Origin: Candidatus Thalassarchaeaceae archaeon
GTDB taxonomy: Archaea; Thermoplasmatota; Poseidoniia; Poseidoniales; Thalassarchaeaceae
NCBI GenBank assembly: GCA_046710875.1
Contig: JBKEHQ010000003.1
Span: 1 to 58,173 of the forward strand
Length of the DNA stretch: 58,173 nt
Direction: 5' to 3'
Positions within the stretch are counted from its first letter, which is position 1. Every line of letters begins with the position of its first letter. A model generated the notes under the pieces. That model ran no database searches and was not told where the DNA came from. It was given only the letters and a program-made list of their open reading frames with translations. Below are positions 28,696 to 39,527 of this stretch, one piece after another. The position numbers were made by a program, and so were the translations under genes.

Positions 28696-28717
28696 GTCTA
28701 CCTATCCTTGTAGTATT

Positions 28718-29341
28718 GTGGATACACAGGAAGCAATCAAATCTATCAAAATTTGGCTAGAAAATGAACGTTTGGAATTTAAAGAAGTTCCAGATTCCCA
28801 AGCACTAATACATCTCCATTGCAAATATCCTCCAACACGACAAGGACACATGTTCAACATAGTTATTCCAAAGAATAGAAACCTAGTATTGATTTATTCA
28901 ATTACTAGAGTAGATTTAGGTCAACAAGAATTAATGATTGATGAATCAAAGGAAGAATTAGAAGATTGGGAACTTTGGTTACATAATATTAGAATTGACC
29001 TAACTTCAAGTGAGTTAGATTGGGTATTACACATTGGTCATAAAAAAGAAAATATCACTGGTCCACTTCAAGCATTCAATCTTTCTCGTCCAATTTGGTT
29101 TGATGGTTTAACTCAAAATGAGTTTATGCAGTCAATGAGGAAATTATGGATGACTAAATTATCCCTAATTCATCAAATTAAATTTGGATATGGCCCTGGA
29201 ACTGGAAATCCAGGACCAGTTGATGACTGGCTTGCAAAAAAAGCAAAAAAAACTACATTTCAAGATTCTAAAACTACTCAAATCAATACAGATGAATCTG
29301 GAGGGTTTGGAAAAGATTTTGATCCCTCAGAATGGATATAA
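28718..29341 (+). CDS. Hypothetical cytoplasmic protein
   Basis: The 207-aa ORF has a GTG start and genome-typical composition. I cannot assign a family with confidence. Confidence 0.5.
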   Translation: MDTQEAIKSIKIWLENERLEFKEVPDSQALIHLHCKYPPTRQGHMFNIVIPKNRNLVLIYSITRVDLGQQELMIDESKEELEDWELWLHNIRIDLTSSELDWVLHIGHKKENITGPLQAFNLSRPIWFDGLTQNEFMQSMRKLWMTKLSLIHQIKFGYGPGTGNPGPVDDWLAKKAKKTTFQDSKTTQINTDESGGFGKDFDPSEWI

Positions 29342-29369
29342 TAACTCAGTATTAATTTTCATATTAGTG

Positions 29370-29382
29370 ACCGCAATGCGGT
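29370..29382 (+). terminator. GC-rich hairpin between the 28718 ORF and the giant surface-protein gene
   Basis: ACCGC-AAT-GCGGT is flanked by an outer inverted repeat, TAACTCA (29342-29348) and TGAGTTA (29383-29389). An ATTTTT run follows about 20 nt downstream. Confidence 0.3.
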
Positions 29383-29415
29383 TGAGTTAAGTATCTGAAA
29401 TTTTTCAATAGTTAT

Positions 29416-32400
29416 ATGCAAGGTTATGTTCATAGTCGAAAAGAAGATTCCACTAAGATTAGGAATAGCATTACTATGGTTTTCATAATGTTACTAAGCC
29501 TTTTTTCTGCATTGGAAATTCCTCAAGCCGAAGCCTCTGATGTTGTTCTTACAGAACCAATGCAAATTGTTAATAGTGGTACGGCTAATGATAGAGGAAT
29601 GGCATTAGATGCAGATTCTAATGGGAATATACACTTAGTTTTCAGTCGTAATACTCAACATTTATTTTATCAGATGCAAGATCCTAGAGGTGAAACTATT
29701 ATTTCAGCCACACAAATATCTAATCCTGGTAATCATCGTGCCTGGCATCCAGATATCGCGGTTGATAATGATGATAAAGTGCATATTGTTTGGACTGATA
29801 AAGCAGGTCAATATTCAATAATGTATACCTTGTTAGATCCCTATCAGGACGATAGGAGTGGTGATGCTGCTCTAGACTCCGTAATCTCGATAGTAAATGA
29901 TTTCGAAGTATCTAATAATCCTCAAAATCGTGATTACCCGGCCATTGACGTAGACTCTAACAACGATCCACATATTGTTTGGGAAGATTCGTTTGAACCT
30001 TTAGAAAAATTCTATCAACAGCCACAAATATACTATAAAATGTTAGAAATTGATCATATCTCAAGAGAAGCCTTAGTTGCTATAGACAGTACTATTCTAA
30101 CTCCTATTCTAGGGCATAAAGGCCATCCAGATATCGCTGTAGATGTGGATGACTTTGTCCAAATCGTATGGGACGATACTCGTGGAGGAAAAGTTGAGAT
30201 GGTCGTTCCTATCGATACTTCTGGTTCAATGAATACAGAATGGGCTGATATGTGTGTTGTATTTTATGGAGGAAACTTCGCTAGTGGAGGATCCTTTCCA
30301 GGGTTAAAACCATTACTTGAAAGTGCTAATATGAGTGTTTATGAAACATTATATGCACTAAGTGGTAATTGGCCTGCAGCGTCACAAAGTGGCGCTTGTG
30401 CAAATGCGTACCAAACCGGAGGTTCTGGCAGCAATGGTCCAAGAAGTACTCCCCTGGGCTCTTCTCCAAATGATAATTCTGGCGGAATTAGATATTTAGA
30501 TGAGGTAGTTTACAATAATGCTGCAGTGGATTTACCTACTGATGGTGGATTTTATAGTGAATTCTGGGGTCCAGCCACAACCTGGGCCTGTTTATCATGG
30601 CAGGATGCAAATGGGAATGTCCCAGGAAATCCTCCTACACAACTAGATCATCGTTGGAATCCAAACGCTACAAAAATTGTAATACCAATTTCTGATGAAG
30701 GCCCATATGGGGGAAGCCCTCAGGATAATGATGATACTCAGAGTATTGCACAATCACACGACGCATGTGTTAATGCTGATGTTGTACCAACTCCTCTTTG
30801 GGCTGGGTCAGATACAGACGTCGGGTCATACATGATGGATATGGCACAATGTCCAAATGGTTCTGGCCTAAATGCAAGAACTTGCAACGGCAATAATCTT
30901 AGATTAACAAATGCAGGAGGTCAGATGTATGGCTTTCCAACATCTTCTAGCAGTTCAACTGAATTAGAAATAATGGTCGAAGCTATGGTTTACTTGTCAA
31001 CTAATAACTCTCGTGAAATATATATGACTGTTTTAGATCCCTTATCTCTCTTAGATCGTCCTTGGCCTGGTTGGACTAAAGGAGACCCAGGAACAGAAAC
31101 TGACGCAAACACCAATTCTTATACTGAAGACCTAGGTCCTTCGGAAGATATATCTGGTTACGGGCATCTAGTGGTAGTTAATGATACTAGAATTACATTA
31201 AACGATGCATACAGCCTGCATCCATCCATAGCTTTGGACTCATCAGGATTAACACATCTTACATGGCAAGACGGGCGATCTTACGGGTTTGATATTGATG
31301 TTAATTATGAGGTCTATTATACAAGATTAAAATTAAGGGGAGCCGCAGAATGGGATGGTGCAGCAGATGGACTGCCTACATTCGGAATAAAACAAATTGC
31401 AGATGCAGCAATCTCAGAAGTAGAGGGACCTGCTGGACTTGATCCCGACAGGCCCTTTGGAGGAAATTCTCACTTGCCCTCAATTATAACCGACTCATTT
31501 GACAATGTGCACCTTACTTGGTTAGATAACTACAATGAATCTCAAGGAGAAACTATTGTTTATACACGTCTGAATCATACGAATGATGCCTATCCTAATG
31601 GATTTCCACTAAATTCTATTGCATCTTCAATTTTCGATCCATGGACAATTATACCTGTTACATCTTGGCAATCAGATAAATTAGGTCCTAATTCTCCAGC
31701 TACTCCAGACTTAGGGCAGACGCCAGCATTTGCTAATGATCTTGGAAGCGGAGCACATCTAGGCTGGTCAGATACAAACAAATGCAATGATGAAAACAAC
31801 GCAGGAAAATATACATTATGTTATGTCCATATCCTAACTGGATTGGTTGACATATCTCTTGCTTGTGATGAAAAGTTAATTGATAACCCCAATTTAGAAG
31901 GAAATCCTTATGATTGTCCCGAAGATATAGAAACTTTCTATCATACAATTTTCCCAGGAGAGTTAACAACTTACAATATGACGATTGCAAATCCTACTCC
32001 CGGACCAGCAGAATTAGTGCAAGATACATTTACTGTAACTATGCAAGGTATTCCAACAAATTGGAGTGCTACATTATTTTATGCAACTAATAATACTCCT
32101 ATATTCGAATCTACACCTGTACATCTAGACGGTGGAGAAGTTGTTCCAATATATATGAGATTAAGGGCTCCAACAATATATCAGGCCAATAAAGATGAAT
32201 TAGCGCAAGTAACTATAAGTGCAGTTTCATTCAAAGATCCTGCTATTAGAAATGAAAGAATAACATTAACTTTAATGGACGTTGTACATGGTATTGAATT
32301 GGACACAAGTCATTTCCAAGTAGATATTGAACAAGGTAGGTCTGCAGTATTTTCTGTATCTATAAAGAATACAGGTAATGTATTCGATACCTTTGCATTC

Positions 32401-34590
32401 TATGACCCTTCAACACTTGAAGGGCAAAATGAATGGGCTTTACCCTTTGGATGGGGTATTGACTTTCCCACTTCTATTTCCTTAGATCCATTGCAGTCCG
32501 TAACTAAGAATCTACAGGTTAGTGTACCGTCTTCACAGGAACCAGGGACATTTGTAATATATCTAAAAGGATGGTCAACTGGAGAACCTGTACTTTCAGT
32601 AGATAGGGGAACATTTGATATCCTAGAGCTTTGGATAAATGTATCAACTAGATCTACTGGAAATATAGTATTCTCTGTAGGTGACACTACTCAATATGTT
32701 TTACCAGGTGATTGTGCAGAATTTGATATTGAAGTTACAAAGCATTTTACGCCCGGATATCTAGTTTTCAACTTACCCGGGGCACCTGAAGAAAGACCTT
32801 CAAATTGGACTGAGGATACATGGCGATATGATCATTGGACTGTTGATTTAGACTTTTCAAATGCCCCTGGAGGAAATGGGCCATCTGACGACTCACCAAG
32901 ATATTGGGCCCAAATTAATACTCCTTACACAGTAACTGCAATAATGTGTGCACCATACAATTCAACTGCAGGATTAGGAGATTCCATTACTGTCCGTTCT
33001 TATTTAGAAGGGCAACCTAAGATTAGGGATTCTGTAGTAATATTAACGAATGTTATCCAACGATATGATTTAGATGCTTCTGTATCTGAAAATATACTTG
33101 ATTTATATCCCGGGCAACCTTATAAAATGGATACAAATATAGAAAATTTAGGAAACGGCCCTGATAGATTTGACATGACTATCGAATCTATAGTGGACTC
33201 GCAAGGAAACTCTCATGTTTGGGACATCGAAATACCAAGAATCTTATTTGGAGAATTAGATAGGGATGAAATAGGCGAATATTCTATAATAATCAATGTA
33301 CCTGAAAAAACATTAGCAGGCCAATATACTATAACATTCAATATTTATAGTGAAGAAGAATATCAAGGTACAAGATTACGTGATACTATTACTCTAAATA
33401 TAAATATAATAGAATTTCATGATATGCGAGTTTCACTCGATCCTGCTGTGGAAAGTAGAATAAAAACAACCGCACCGAGTAGAATAGTTAGATTTACACT
33501 AAATATAACTAATTTTGGTAATATTCCAGATCAACCGACACTACACAATCATACAATTGATTCAGCAGGGGGTTGGGGAGTCATGCCTGGAATGAATACT
33601 TTATCAAATTGGGAAATTCAATTTGCTCTATTGGAAGGATTCGACACCGAATATCCAATTGAAAAGTTATGTGTTGGTCAATTTCCAAATTTCTTAACTC
33701 TAGCCGATCCAATACCAAATGAAGGATGTTACCTTTCGGCTCAAACAGGGGCCTTGACTTTCCCAATTATGGAAGCCTATACGACTCTACAATTGGTAGT
33801 GATAGTATCTATAGCGCCAGATGCAGCGTTACAAAATAGAGAAATAGGAATAAAGGCACTTTCAATGCACGGTTCTTCAGAAAATGGAGGAGACCATGAT
33901 GAAACTCCTGGTTGGGAAGATTCATGCACATTGGATTCTAATAAAGATGGAATATCTGATAACTTTTTACCAGATTGCGATACGAATGAACAAGTTTTAG
34001 AATTGAGATTAAGGGCCCCAGATTTAGAAATTATTGAGGTAACCACGGGTTCGACGAAAGGCGCCATTGGCGATATGCTTTCAGTAAGCGTTAAAATTGT
34101 AAATCGAGGTAATGCACATGCGACTGATGTAAATGTTATTTTGTGTAAGGATCAGTCTACAGCTGACATTAAGAAAAATGGTTGTGATGAAGTTAATATT
34201 GTTTATAGACAAATAATTAAGGCAATTATGCCAATTGGTGATGGTGGTTTAGAAAACCCCGATTCAATTACATTACTTTACATGGTTGAAGCAGGAAATC
34301 ATGATGTAGTAGTGGTAGTAGATTCTAATAATGATATTGTAGAAACTGATGAAACTAATAATATAATGAAAATACCAGGAGGGGAAATGAGCTCTAACTT
34401 AGGTGTCGGCGATGTTGTAATTGATGTCATAGTACAATATTCCGTACCAACAATTATCCTTGGTGCTACATTTTCTCTTATTGGAGTTGCAGGTTTTGTA
34501 ATGTATGGTAGGAGGATAGAAGCCCTGCAGTCTTTTGCAGAAAAAACTAGCCTTATGTCTAAATCTGATGAAGATGATATTAGATTCTAA
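29416..34590 (+). CDS. Giant secreted, membrane-anchored surface protein with propeller-like repeats, an inserted vWA/MIDAS domain and multiple Ig/CARDB-like domains
   Basis: It has an N-terminal signal/TM (MVFIMLLSLFSALEIPQAEA). Repeats of the type HPDIAVD..D.VHIVW.D recur. A DTSGS MIDAS motif and IPISDEG mark the vWA domain. CARDB-like segments (for example GDMLSVSVKIVNRGNAHATDVNV) and many N-x-S/T sequons are present. A C-terminal TM helix plus RR forms the anchor. Confidence 0.85.
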   Translation: MQGYVHSRKEDSTKIRNSITMVFIMLLSLFSALEIPQAEASDVVLTEPMQIVNSGTANDRGMALDADSNGNIHLVFSRNTQHLFYQMQDPRGETIISATQISNPGNHRAWHPDIAVDNDDKVHIVWTDKAGQYSIMYTLLDPYQDDRSGDAALDSVISIVNDFEVSNNPQNRDYPAIDVDSNNDPHIVWEDSFEPLEKFYQQPQIYYKMLEIDHISREALVAIDSTILTPILGHKGHPDIAVDVDDFVQIVWDDTRGGKVEMVVPIDTSGSMNTEWADMCVVFYGGNFASGGSFPGLKPLLESANMSVYETLYALSGNWPAASQSGACANAYQTGGSGSNGPRSTPLGSSPNDNSGGIRYLDEVVYNNAAVDLPTDGGFYSEFWGPATTWACLSWQDANGNVPGNPPTQLDHRWNPNATKIVIPISDEGPYGGSPQDNDDTQSIAQSHDACVNADVVPTPLWAGSDTDVGSYMMDMAQCPNGSGLNARTCNGNNLRLTNAGGQMYGFPTSSSSSTELEIMVEAMVYLSTNNSREIYMTVLDPLSLLDRPWPGWTKGDPGTETDANTNSYTEDLGPSEDISGYGHLVVVNDTRITLNDAYSLHPSIALDSSGLTHLTWQDGRSYGFDIDVNYEVYYTRLKLRGAAEWDGAADGLPTFGIKQIADAAISEVEGPAGLDPDRPFGGNSHLPSIITDSFDNVHLTWLDNYNESQGETIVYTRLNHTNDAYPNGFPLNSIASSIFDPWTIIPVTSWQSDKLGPNSPATPDLGQTPAFANDLGSGAHLGWSDTNKCNDENNAGKYTLCYVHILTGLVDISLACDEKLIDNPNLEGNPYDCPEDIETFYHTIFPGELTTYNMTIANPTPGPAELVQDTFTVTMQGIPTNWSATLFYATNNTPIFESTPVHLDGGEVVPIYMRLRAPTIYQANKDELAQVTISAVSFKDPAIRNERITLTLMDVVHGIELDTSHFQVDIEQGRSAVFSVSIKNTGNVFDTFAFYDPSTLEGQNEWALPFGWGIDFPTSISLDPLQSVTKNLQVSVPSSQEPGTFVIYLKGWSTGEPVLSVDRGTFDILELWINVSTRSTGNIVFSVGDTTQYVLPGDCAEFDIEVTKHFTPGYLVFNLPGAPEERPSNWTEDTWRYDHWTVDLDFSNAPGGNGPSDDSPRYWAQINTPYTVTAIMCAPYNSTAGLGDSITVRSYLEGQPKIRDSVVILTNVIQRYDLDASVSENILDLYPGQPYKMDTNIENLGNGPDRFDMTIESIVDSQGNSHVWDIEIPRILFGELDRDEIGEYSIIINVPEKTLAGQYTITFNIYSEEEYQGTRLRDTITLNINIIEFHDMRVSLDPAVESRIKTTAPSRIVRFTLNITNFGNIPDQPTLHNHTIDSAGGWGVMPGMNTLSNWEIQFALLEGFDTEYPIEKLCVGQFPNFLTLADPIPNEGCYLSAQTGALTFPIMEAYTTLQLVVIVSIAPDAALQNREIGIKALSMHGSSENGGDHDETPGWEDSCTLDSNKDGISDNFLPDCDTNEQVLELRLRAPDLEIIEVTTGSTKGAIGDMLSVSVKIVNRGNAHATDVNVILCKDQSTADIKKNGCDEVNIVYRQIIKAIMPIGDGGLENPDSITLLYMVEAGNHDVVVVVDSNNDIVETDETNNIMKIPGGEMSSNLGVGDVVIDVIVQYSVPTIILGATFSLIGVAGFVMYGRRIEALQSFAEKTSLMSKSDEDDIRF

Positions 34591-34594
34591 ATTT

Positions 34595-35332
34595 TTAACG
34601 AATTAACCACCAAGGAAGCGGTGTACCCTTATTTGCTGCAATAAAATTTCCCTTGCTTGTAGCTAAATCTCTTAGTAATGTTTCTCTAAGATTGTTCATC
34701 ATTTCTTCTGCATCCATAGATTTAATTCTCATCCCATGAGAAAATAAGTCTAGGTCTAATGGCCTTCTTGGTTGATTCATAATTGCATGAGCTAATTGCC
34801 TTTCTTCATAAGAATTAGAATGATTAGAAACACTTGAAGATACTTTCTTCTTAACCTGTTGATGCATAGCAATGATTGCATCTCTTTGATCATCAATCTT
34901 TTCTAGAGCAGCATCCAACTCTCCTAGTGCTTCGATGGCCTCAGAAATTTCTAACTTCCGTTTAGTTCCCATTTTTTTAATAACATTATTAAGATTATTA
35001 GGCAACTTTTCTGATAGTTTCATGGCCCCTCCCCTAGGCATTTTCCTATGTTCTGCACGAAATAAATCTGGCCCTAAATCAAGTCTTATTGAAAATGATT
35101 GATCAACCTTATACATTTTCTTGGGAGGCCCCCCTTTTTCAGACGCAACCATTTGAGACTCAACAAAATCAGCTTTTTCTAATACCTTTAGATGTTTTAT
35201 TACTGCTTGCTGACTAACATTAATTAATTCAGAAATTTGTAATGGGTAATGAGGTTCCTTGACCAGCAATTTTAAAATTTGCCTCCTTATTGAATTCTCT
35301 AATATGGATAAAGCCTCATCAAAACCCACCAT
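34595..35332 (-). CDS. Winged-helix (ArsR-like) DNA-binding protein with a C-terminal helical extension
   Basis: The N-terminal sequence IRRQILKLLVKEPHYPLQISELINVSQQAVIKHLKVLEKADFV is a classical ArsR/SmtB-type HTH. Confidence 0.7.
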   Translation of the reverse strand: MVGFDEALSILENSIRRQILKLLVKEPHYPLQISELINVSQQAVIKHLKVLEKADFVESQMVASEKGGPPKKMYKVDQSFSIRLDLGPDLFRAEHRKMPRGGAMKLSEKLPNNLNNVIKKMGTKRKLEISEAIEALGELDAALEKIDDQRDAIIAMHQQVKKKVSSSVSNHSNSYEERQLAHAIMNQPRRPLDLDLFSHGMRIKSMDAEEMMNNLRETLLRDLATSKGNFIAANKGTPLPWWLIR

Positions 35333-35384
35333 GAACTAACCAACCCGAGGTTGGGTAGCCGAACCTATTCTAAAAACCCAAGCA

Positions 35385-36170
35385 TTATTTATCATTATCC
35401 CATTCTTCCCAATAAGTATCATTTTTTAATTTTTTATTTTCTTCTTTAGCTTCTGAAGTATCGTCAAAATATTTCAAATTAACCTTATCTTTTGTACTAT
35501 TTATTAAACTGGCATTATTCTTTTCAATGAATGGCTCGGGAACCTTTTCTTCATTTGTAATAATTCTAATTTCACTTTCCCTATCTCCAAATTCAGTACC
35601 ACTTTGATTACCTATTATAAGATCAATATTCTTCTTTTCTTTTCTCCATCCGATAATTCCCAGGAATAATGCAATAAATCCAATTGGAATTCCCATACAA
35701 CAACTAAGACTTACCAATAAAACATAACTTTCATTAAAAATTTCAAATTGATTAGCTGTTTCATCTACAAACCAAAGTGTATTATTCCCTTCGTTGAACA
35801 AAATATAATCCCCTTCATTTGATATTTCAAAAACTCTCACTGTCATGTAAACAGTATTATCTACCCCAGTTCTCGGTAAATCTAGCCAGTTGGCACTCCG
35901 ACCTTCATATTCATCTCCAGAGTTATTAATTAATTTCAAAGATGCATCGGAGGTCCCATCGTCAATCCGAAGAGCTACATATATCTTAGTAGAATCTAAA
36001 TAAATTGATTCACTACTTTCAGGAGATAATTTAGCTAAATTAGTCACATCAGGATCATAAAATTCAAAATCTTCATTATCAATAAATGCTATTCCAATTG
36101 CCCCTGCTAAAAGTAATAAGAATGATCCTACCATCATCCACTTTGCTACGGTCATTATTGTATTACTCAT
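35385..36170 (-). CDS. Hypothetical membrane protein with two TM helices flanking an extracytoplasmic domain
   Basis: Hydrophobic segments lie near the N-terminus and around residue 160. I recognise no family. Confidence 0.5.
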   Translation of the reverse strand: MSNTIMTVAKWMMVGSFLLLLAGAIGIAFIDNEDFEFYDPDVTNLAKLSPESSESIYLDSTKIYVALRIDDGTSDASLKLINNSGDEYEGRSANWLDLPRTGVDNTVYMTVRVFEISNEGDYILFNEGNNTLWFVDETANQFEIFNESYVLLVSLSCCMGIPIGFIALFLGIIGWRKEKKNIDLIIGNQSGTEFGDRESEIRIITNEEKVPEPFIEKNNASLINSTKDKVNLKYFDDTSEAKEENKKLKNDTYWEEWDNDK

Positions 36171-36197
36171 AGTATCACCACATATTATAATATTTAA

Positions 36198-37304
36198 TTA
36201 ATAATTGAAACCAAGTGCACCTAATTTCTCAGGTAAATATGTATCAGTAACGAAATCTAAACCATATTTCGCTAATGATTGCTGTTCCGCTTTTTTCCCA
36301 ATTTCTTGCATTAAATTGATTTGTTCTTTCCACCAACCCGTAGCAAATCTAGGATCACTTAACTCCGATTGAAGAGCCCCCAAATCTGATTTTGTCAAAT
36401 CATCAGATGGTAAATCATAAGCTAAAATGTCATCAGCAGTGATTCCTAAATATGTAGCCTCACTTGTTGCAAGATATTCAGAAATATGCGCAGTCTTTAT
36501 TGCTCCATAGGCGATACTTGCAAAAATTCTAAACGACCATGGGTCACAATCAGCAAATACTAAAATAGGCTTATTCCACTCATCACTCATTCTTTTCATA
36601 ATTCTTCTTGTAGACCTAGCAGGTTGCCCCTTCAAATGTATTAACGCACATCTCGCCTCTTCATCAAATCCATTTTCAACCAGCCTGTCAAACATCCCAC
36701 CTGTCTCTACAGCCATTACAAAATCAATATCTTGATCCACTAATTTTAACTTTTCCGCCTCAACATTGTATGGAACTCCATATCCAGAATCTCCTACATC
36801 ATCCCTACAATTTATTCGCATCCATTCACCTTTTCGATTTTTTTCTTCAAATGTTACGTTCCCAATTATTCTAGCACCATCTTCCTCTGGTCTAAGTTTA
36901 AAATCCTCTCTAATACATTTTGTAACAATTTCTAAATCTTCTGCTAAGTTATTACTTTCATTTTGTGTACCAAACTTACCATTACCCCATCCTTCCGAAA
37001 TATAGTACATTTCTCTTAATGTTGATGATTTACCACTATTTATCATTTGTTCTATAAATTCTGTTATGTGTAATGAGCGCAACAACACTCGTGCTGATCC
37101 TAATGAAGTAGCATCTCTCGTACTTTTGTTCTTACCATATTTATACACCTGTAACTTTTTATCAAAAGTAATATTAGTTTTAGTTCTAACCGGCAAAGTC
37201 ATTGCAGGAGGTTTTCCCTTCATCATTTTATCATGCATTTCTGCGGCAACAGTATGTAATGCATGAATAACCTCTTCCTTACTTTTTGCTTTTCTTATTG
37301 TCAT
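36198..37304 (-). CDS. top6A: DNA topoisomerase VI subunit A (Spo11 family)
   Basis: The catalytic-Tyr region [10 protein letters not shown] and the Toprim motifs [11 protein letters not shown] and DCDPWS are present. The start ATG overlaps the top6B stop as TAATG (37302-37306) and is preceded by GGAGG. Confidence 0.92.
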   Translation of the reverse strand: MTIRKAKSKEEVIHALHTVAAEMHDKMMKGKPPAMTLPVRTKTNITFDKKLQVYKYGKNKSTRDATSLGSARVLLRSLHITEFIEQMINSGKSSTLREMYYISEGWGNGKFGTQNESNNLAEDLEIVTKCIREDFKLRPEEDGARIIGNVTFEEKNRKGEWMRINCRDDVGDSGYGVPYNVEAEKLKLVDQDIDFVMAVETGGMFDRLVENGFDEEARCALIHLKGQPARSTRRIMKRMSDEWNKPILVFADCDPWSFRIFASIAYGAIKTAHISEYLATSEATYLGITADDILAYDLPSDDLTKSDLGALQSELSDPRFATGWWKEQINLMQEIGKKAEQQSLAKYGLDFVTDTYLPEKLGALGFNY

Positions 37305-39379
37305 TATTCTGCCTCCCATTCAGATAAAGAAAGTTGCCCAATATTGGATGATGATTGCATAGCATGTAGTTCCTCAACCTCATTTATTTCGGCTCTATCT
37401 ATCAATTGTTCTAAATTACCTGCATCATTTAATATTTCCTTTTCCGCCGCATCTAATGCTTCGGATTTACGTATTTCATTTAATAAAGTCTCATCTATTT
37501 TCGATGCTCCAATAATATCTCCATTACCTCGAAAGAAAACATCAGTATCAGTCCATTCACCTTTAGCAAGTCCATTTACTCCAAATTTAATAGTTGTACA
37601 TGTTCCAGGGTTTAATGCATCTAACCTCCATGCCCATATTCCTCGAGCTTCTTTTCTTCCGCCTCTTTCATTATCTACCATACTAATTGTATTATTTTCT
37701 GGCCACTTGACTAAGATTGTGTATGCTCTTGCCCTTGCAGTATAATTGTATATTTTTATAGAGCACGTACCAATTTTTCTTTCTTTATCCCAGCCCAATT
37801 CCTCTTCACAAAATACCGCATTCATAATTTGTGTTATGACTGGCGCTAAATCTGGTTCACTTCTTGACAAAATTTCAGAACTTTTCTTTGATATCTCAGG
37901 TAATATTATGTTTACTAATTCAAACTTCTCTTGCGCTTTTTTCCGTTGCGAACTCTTCTTTAGATGATTCTTTAAACCTCTTCCAACTTCTAACAACCCT
38001 TTCCTAATCTCTTCAAAAACTTCTTCATTTTCTGCTACTGCTTCCTTAGCTTCACTTGTGAACTGAACATTTGTAGATGCCAAATGTATCAATAATGCAG
38101 CAGGTCCTTTTGGGACACCTCTTCCTGCAGGATGATCCAAACCATATCTTTTCCAATCTATTGATTCAAGGGCTTTAGTTAGAAGACAACCCCCCTGTTG
38201 ATACATTAGTGGAACCCTATTTGCAAATCTTAAAACTTCTATCGGACCTTCCGAACTTAAATCTCCTCCAAATACTAAGCCAACTTCAATTTGGAAAGGA
38301 TTACCTTGGCTGACAGTTGGATTTCTCGTTACCGTCGATGCAAATCTAGAATCAATAGCTTTAGATAAACCCTTCTTAATCAGTAGATCATCGATGGGAG
38401 ATAGGCAATCCATTGGCGGCGAAAGTAACTTAACTTGCTTGAATGCAGCTAATATCTCTTGCGCATCTTCTGACTTTATTCTTCTAGGCCCTCTACTCTC
38501 ATCAATCTTAGCTTTTATTAAAATATCTCTTGCAGCTCGCATACTTACTCCAGAAAAATTATGTCGTAAAAAAGAAGTCATTTTTCGTTCATCGGACTCT
38601 CGCAACATCCTTTGCAAAGTCCCTAAATGAATTCCATGTGGATGTGGCTTAATTTCTGATACGACTCTGGGTAATCTTTCAGTAGTTCTAGGCCATGCAC
38701 CCTCGTCGATAATATTTCCTTCCATATCTCTTACAATTAATGAAATACTAGCGTGAGGATTAACTATTGAAGTCATCCTAAGGTATTGATGAACAGATTG
38801 CTTTCCTTTCTGGTATTTGCCCTTCATTACCGTTTTAATTCGTAAGCCCTGCTCTACATCTTGTCCATTTCGCTCATCTATCCAAACATCTCTCTTTTCT
38901 CCAGTTTTCAATGCCCTATTCTTTCTTGTATCTAGGCCCAACTCAACAAATACAGCAGAACTTTCATTTTTTATTTTTGAAATTACATTTGTTTTAGCAC
39001 CAGTTGTCAATTGACTATACATCACCACTCCTGTAATTCCAATCCCTTGTTGCCCTCTAGTTTGTCGAATAGCATGAAACCGTGAACCAAGCAAGAATTT
39101 TCCAAATACATCTTCAATAGCATCTCTGGGTATTCCAGGGCCATTATCCTGAGTGATAAATTCAATCTTATCATTTTTTTGCCGATTTAATTCAACATGA
39201 ATCGTTGGTAGTATTCTAGCCTCTTCGCAAGCATCTAAAGAATTATCTACGGATTCCTTAACTGCAGTTATGATTGATCTTTGAAGAGAATCAAATCCAA
39301 GAAAATGTTTATTCTTTTCAAAAAATTCACTCACAGCAATTTGTTTTTGTTTACTTGAAATTTCTTCTGCATTACTCAT
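37304..39379 (-). CDS. top6B: DNA topoisomerase VI subunit B (GHKL ATPase), long form
   Basis: The Bergerat-fold motifs ESVDNSLDA and DNGPGI are present, along with a transducer region. The start is set at the ATG (MSNAEE), preceded by GGAGGAA. The track start at 39406 is a TTG. Confidence 0.92.
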   Translation of the reverse strand: MSNAEEISSKQKQIAVSEFFEKNKHFLGFDSLQRSIITAVKESVDNSLDACEEARILPTIHVELNRQKNDKIEFITQDNGPGIPRDAIEDVFGKFLLGSRFHAIRQTRGQQGIGITGVVMYSQLTTGAKTNVISKIKNESSAVFVELGLDTRKNRALKTGEKRDVWIDERNGQDVEQGLRIKTVMKGKYQKGKQSVHQYLRMTSIVNPHASISLIVRDMEGNIIDEGAWPRTTERLPRVVSEIKPHPHGIHLGTLQRMLRESDERKMTSFLRHNFSGVSMRAARDILIKAKIDESRGPRRIKSEDAQEILAAFKQVKLLSPPMDCLSPIDDLLIKKGLSKAIDSRFASTVTRNPTVSQGNPFQIEVGLVFGGDLSSEGPIEVLRFANRVPLMYQQGGCLLTKALESIDWKRYGLDHPAGRGVPKGPAALLIHLASTNVQFTSEAKEAVAENEEVFEEIRKGLLEVGRGLKNHLKKSSQRKKAQEKFELVNIILPEISKKSSEILSRSEPDLAPVITQIMNAVFCEEELGWDKERKIGTCSIKIYNYTARARAYTILVKWPENNTISMVDNERGGRKEARGIWAWRLDALNPGTCTTIKFGVNGLAKGEWTDTDVFFRGNGDIIGASKIDETLLNEIRKSEALDAAEKEILNDAGNLEQLIDRAEINEVEELHAMQSSSNIGQLSLSEWEAE

Positions 39380-39527
39380 AGCTGTTCCTCCATCAGGTCC
39401 TCCCAATACCCTATTGGCACGGGGCCTGCTTATGGTTATGCCATTCGGAATGCAGACCGTCCTTAACTATGTGTAGAAATAATATAGAAATAGTGCGATA
39501 AAGATACTATTAATGATATACCATTAT

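Noticed and set aside
37263-37745. A 160-aa plus-strand ORF antisense to the 3' end of top6B and the start of top6A.
   Set aside because: It overlaps two strongly supported minus-strand genes completely. Its Ser/Phe/Ile-rich, low-complexity product is what the antisense of an AT-rich coding region yields. It has no motif and no independent start signal.
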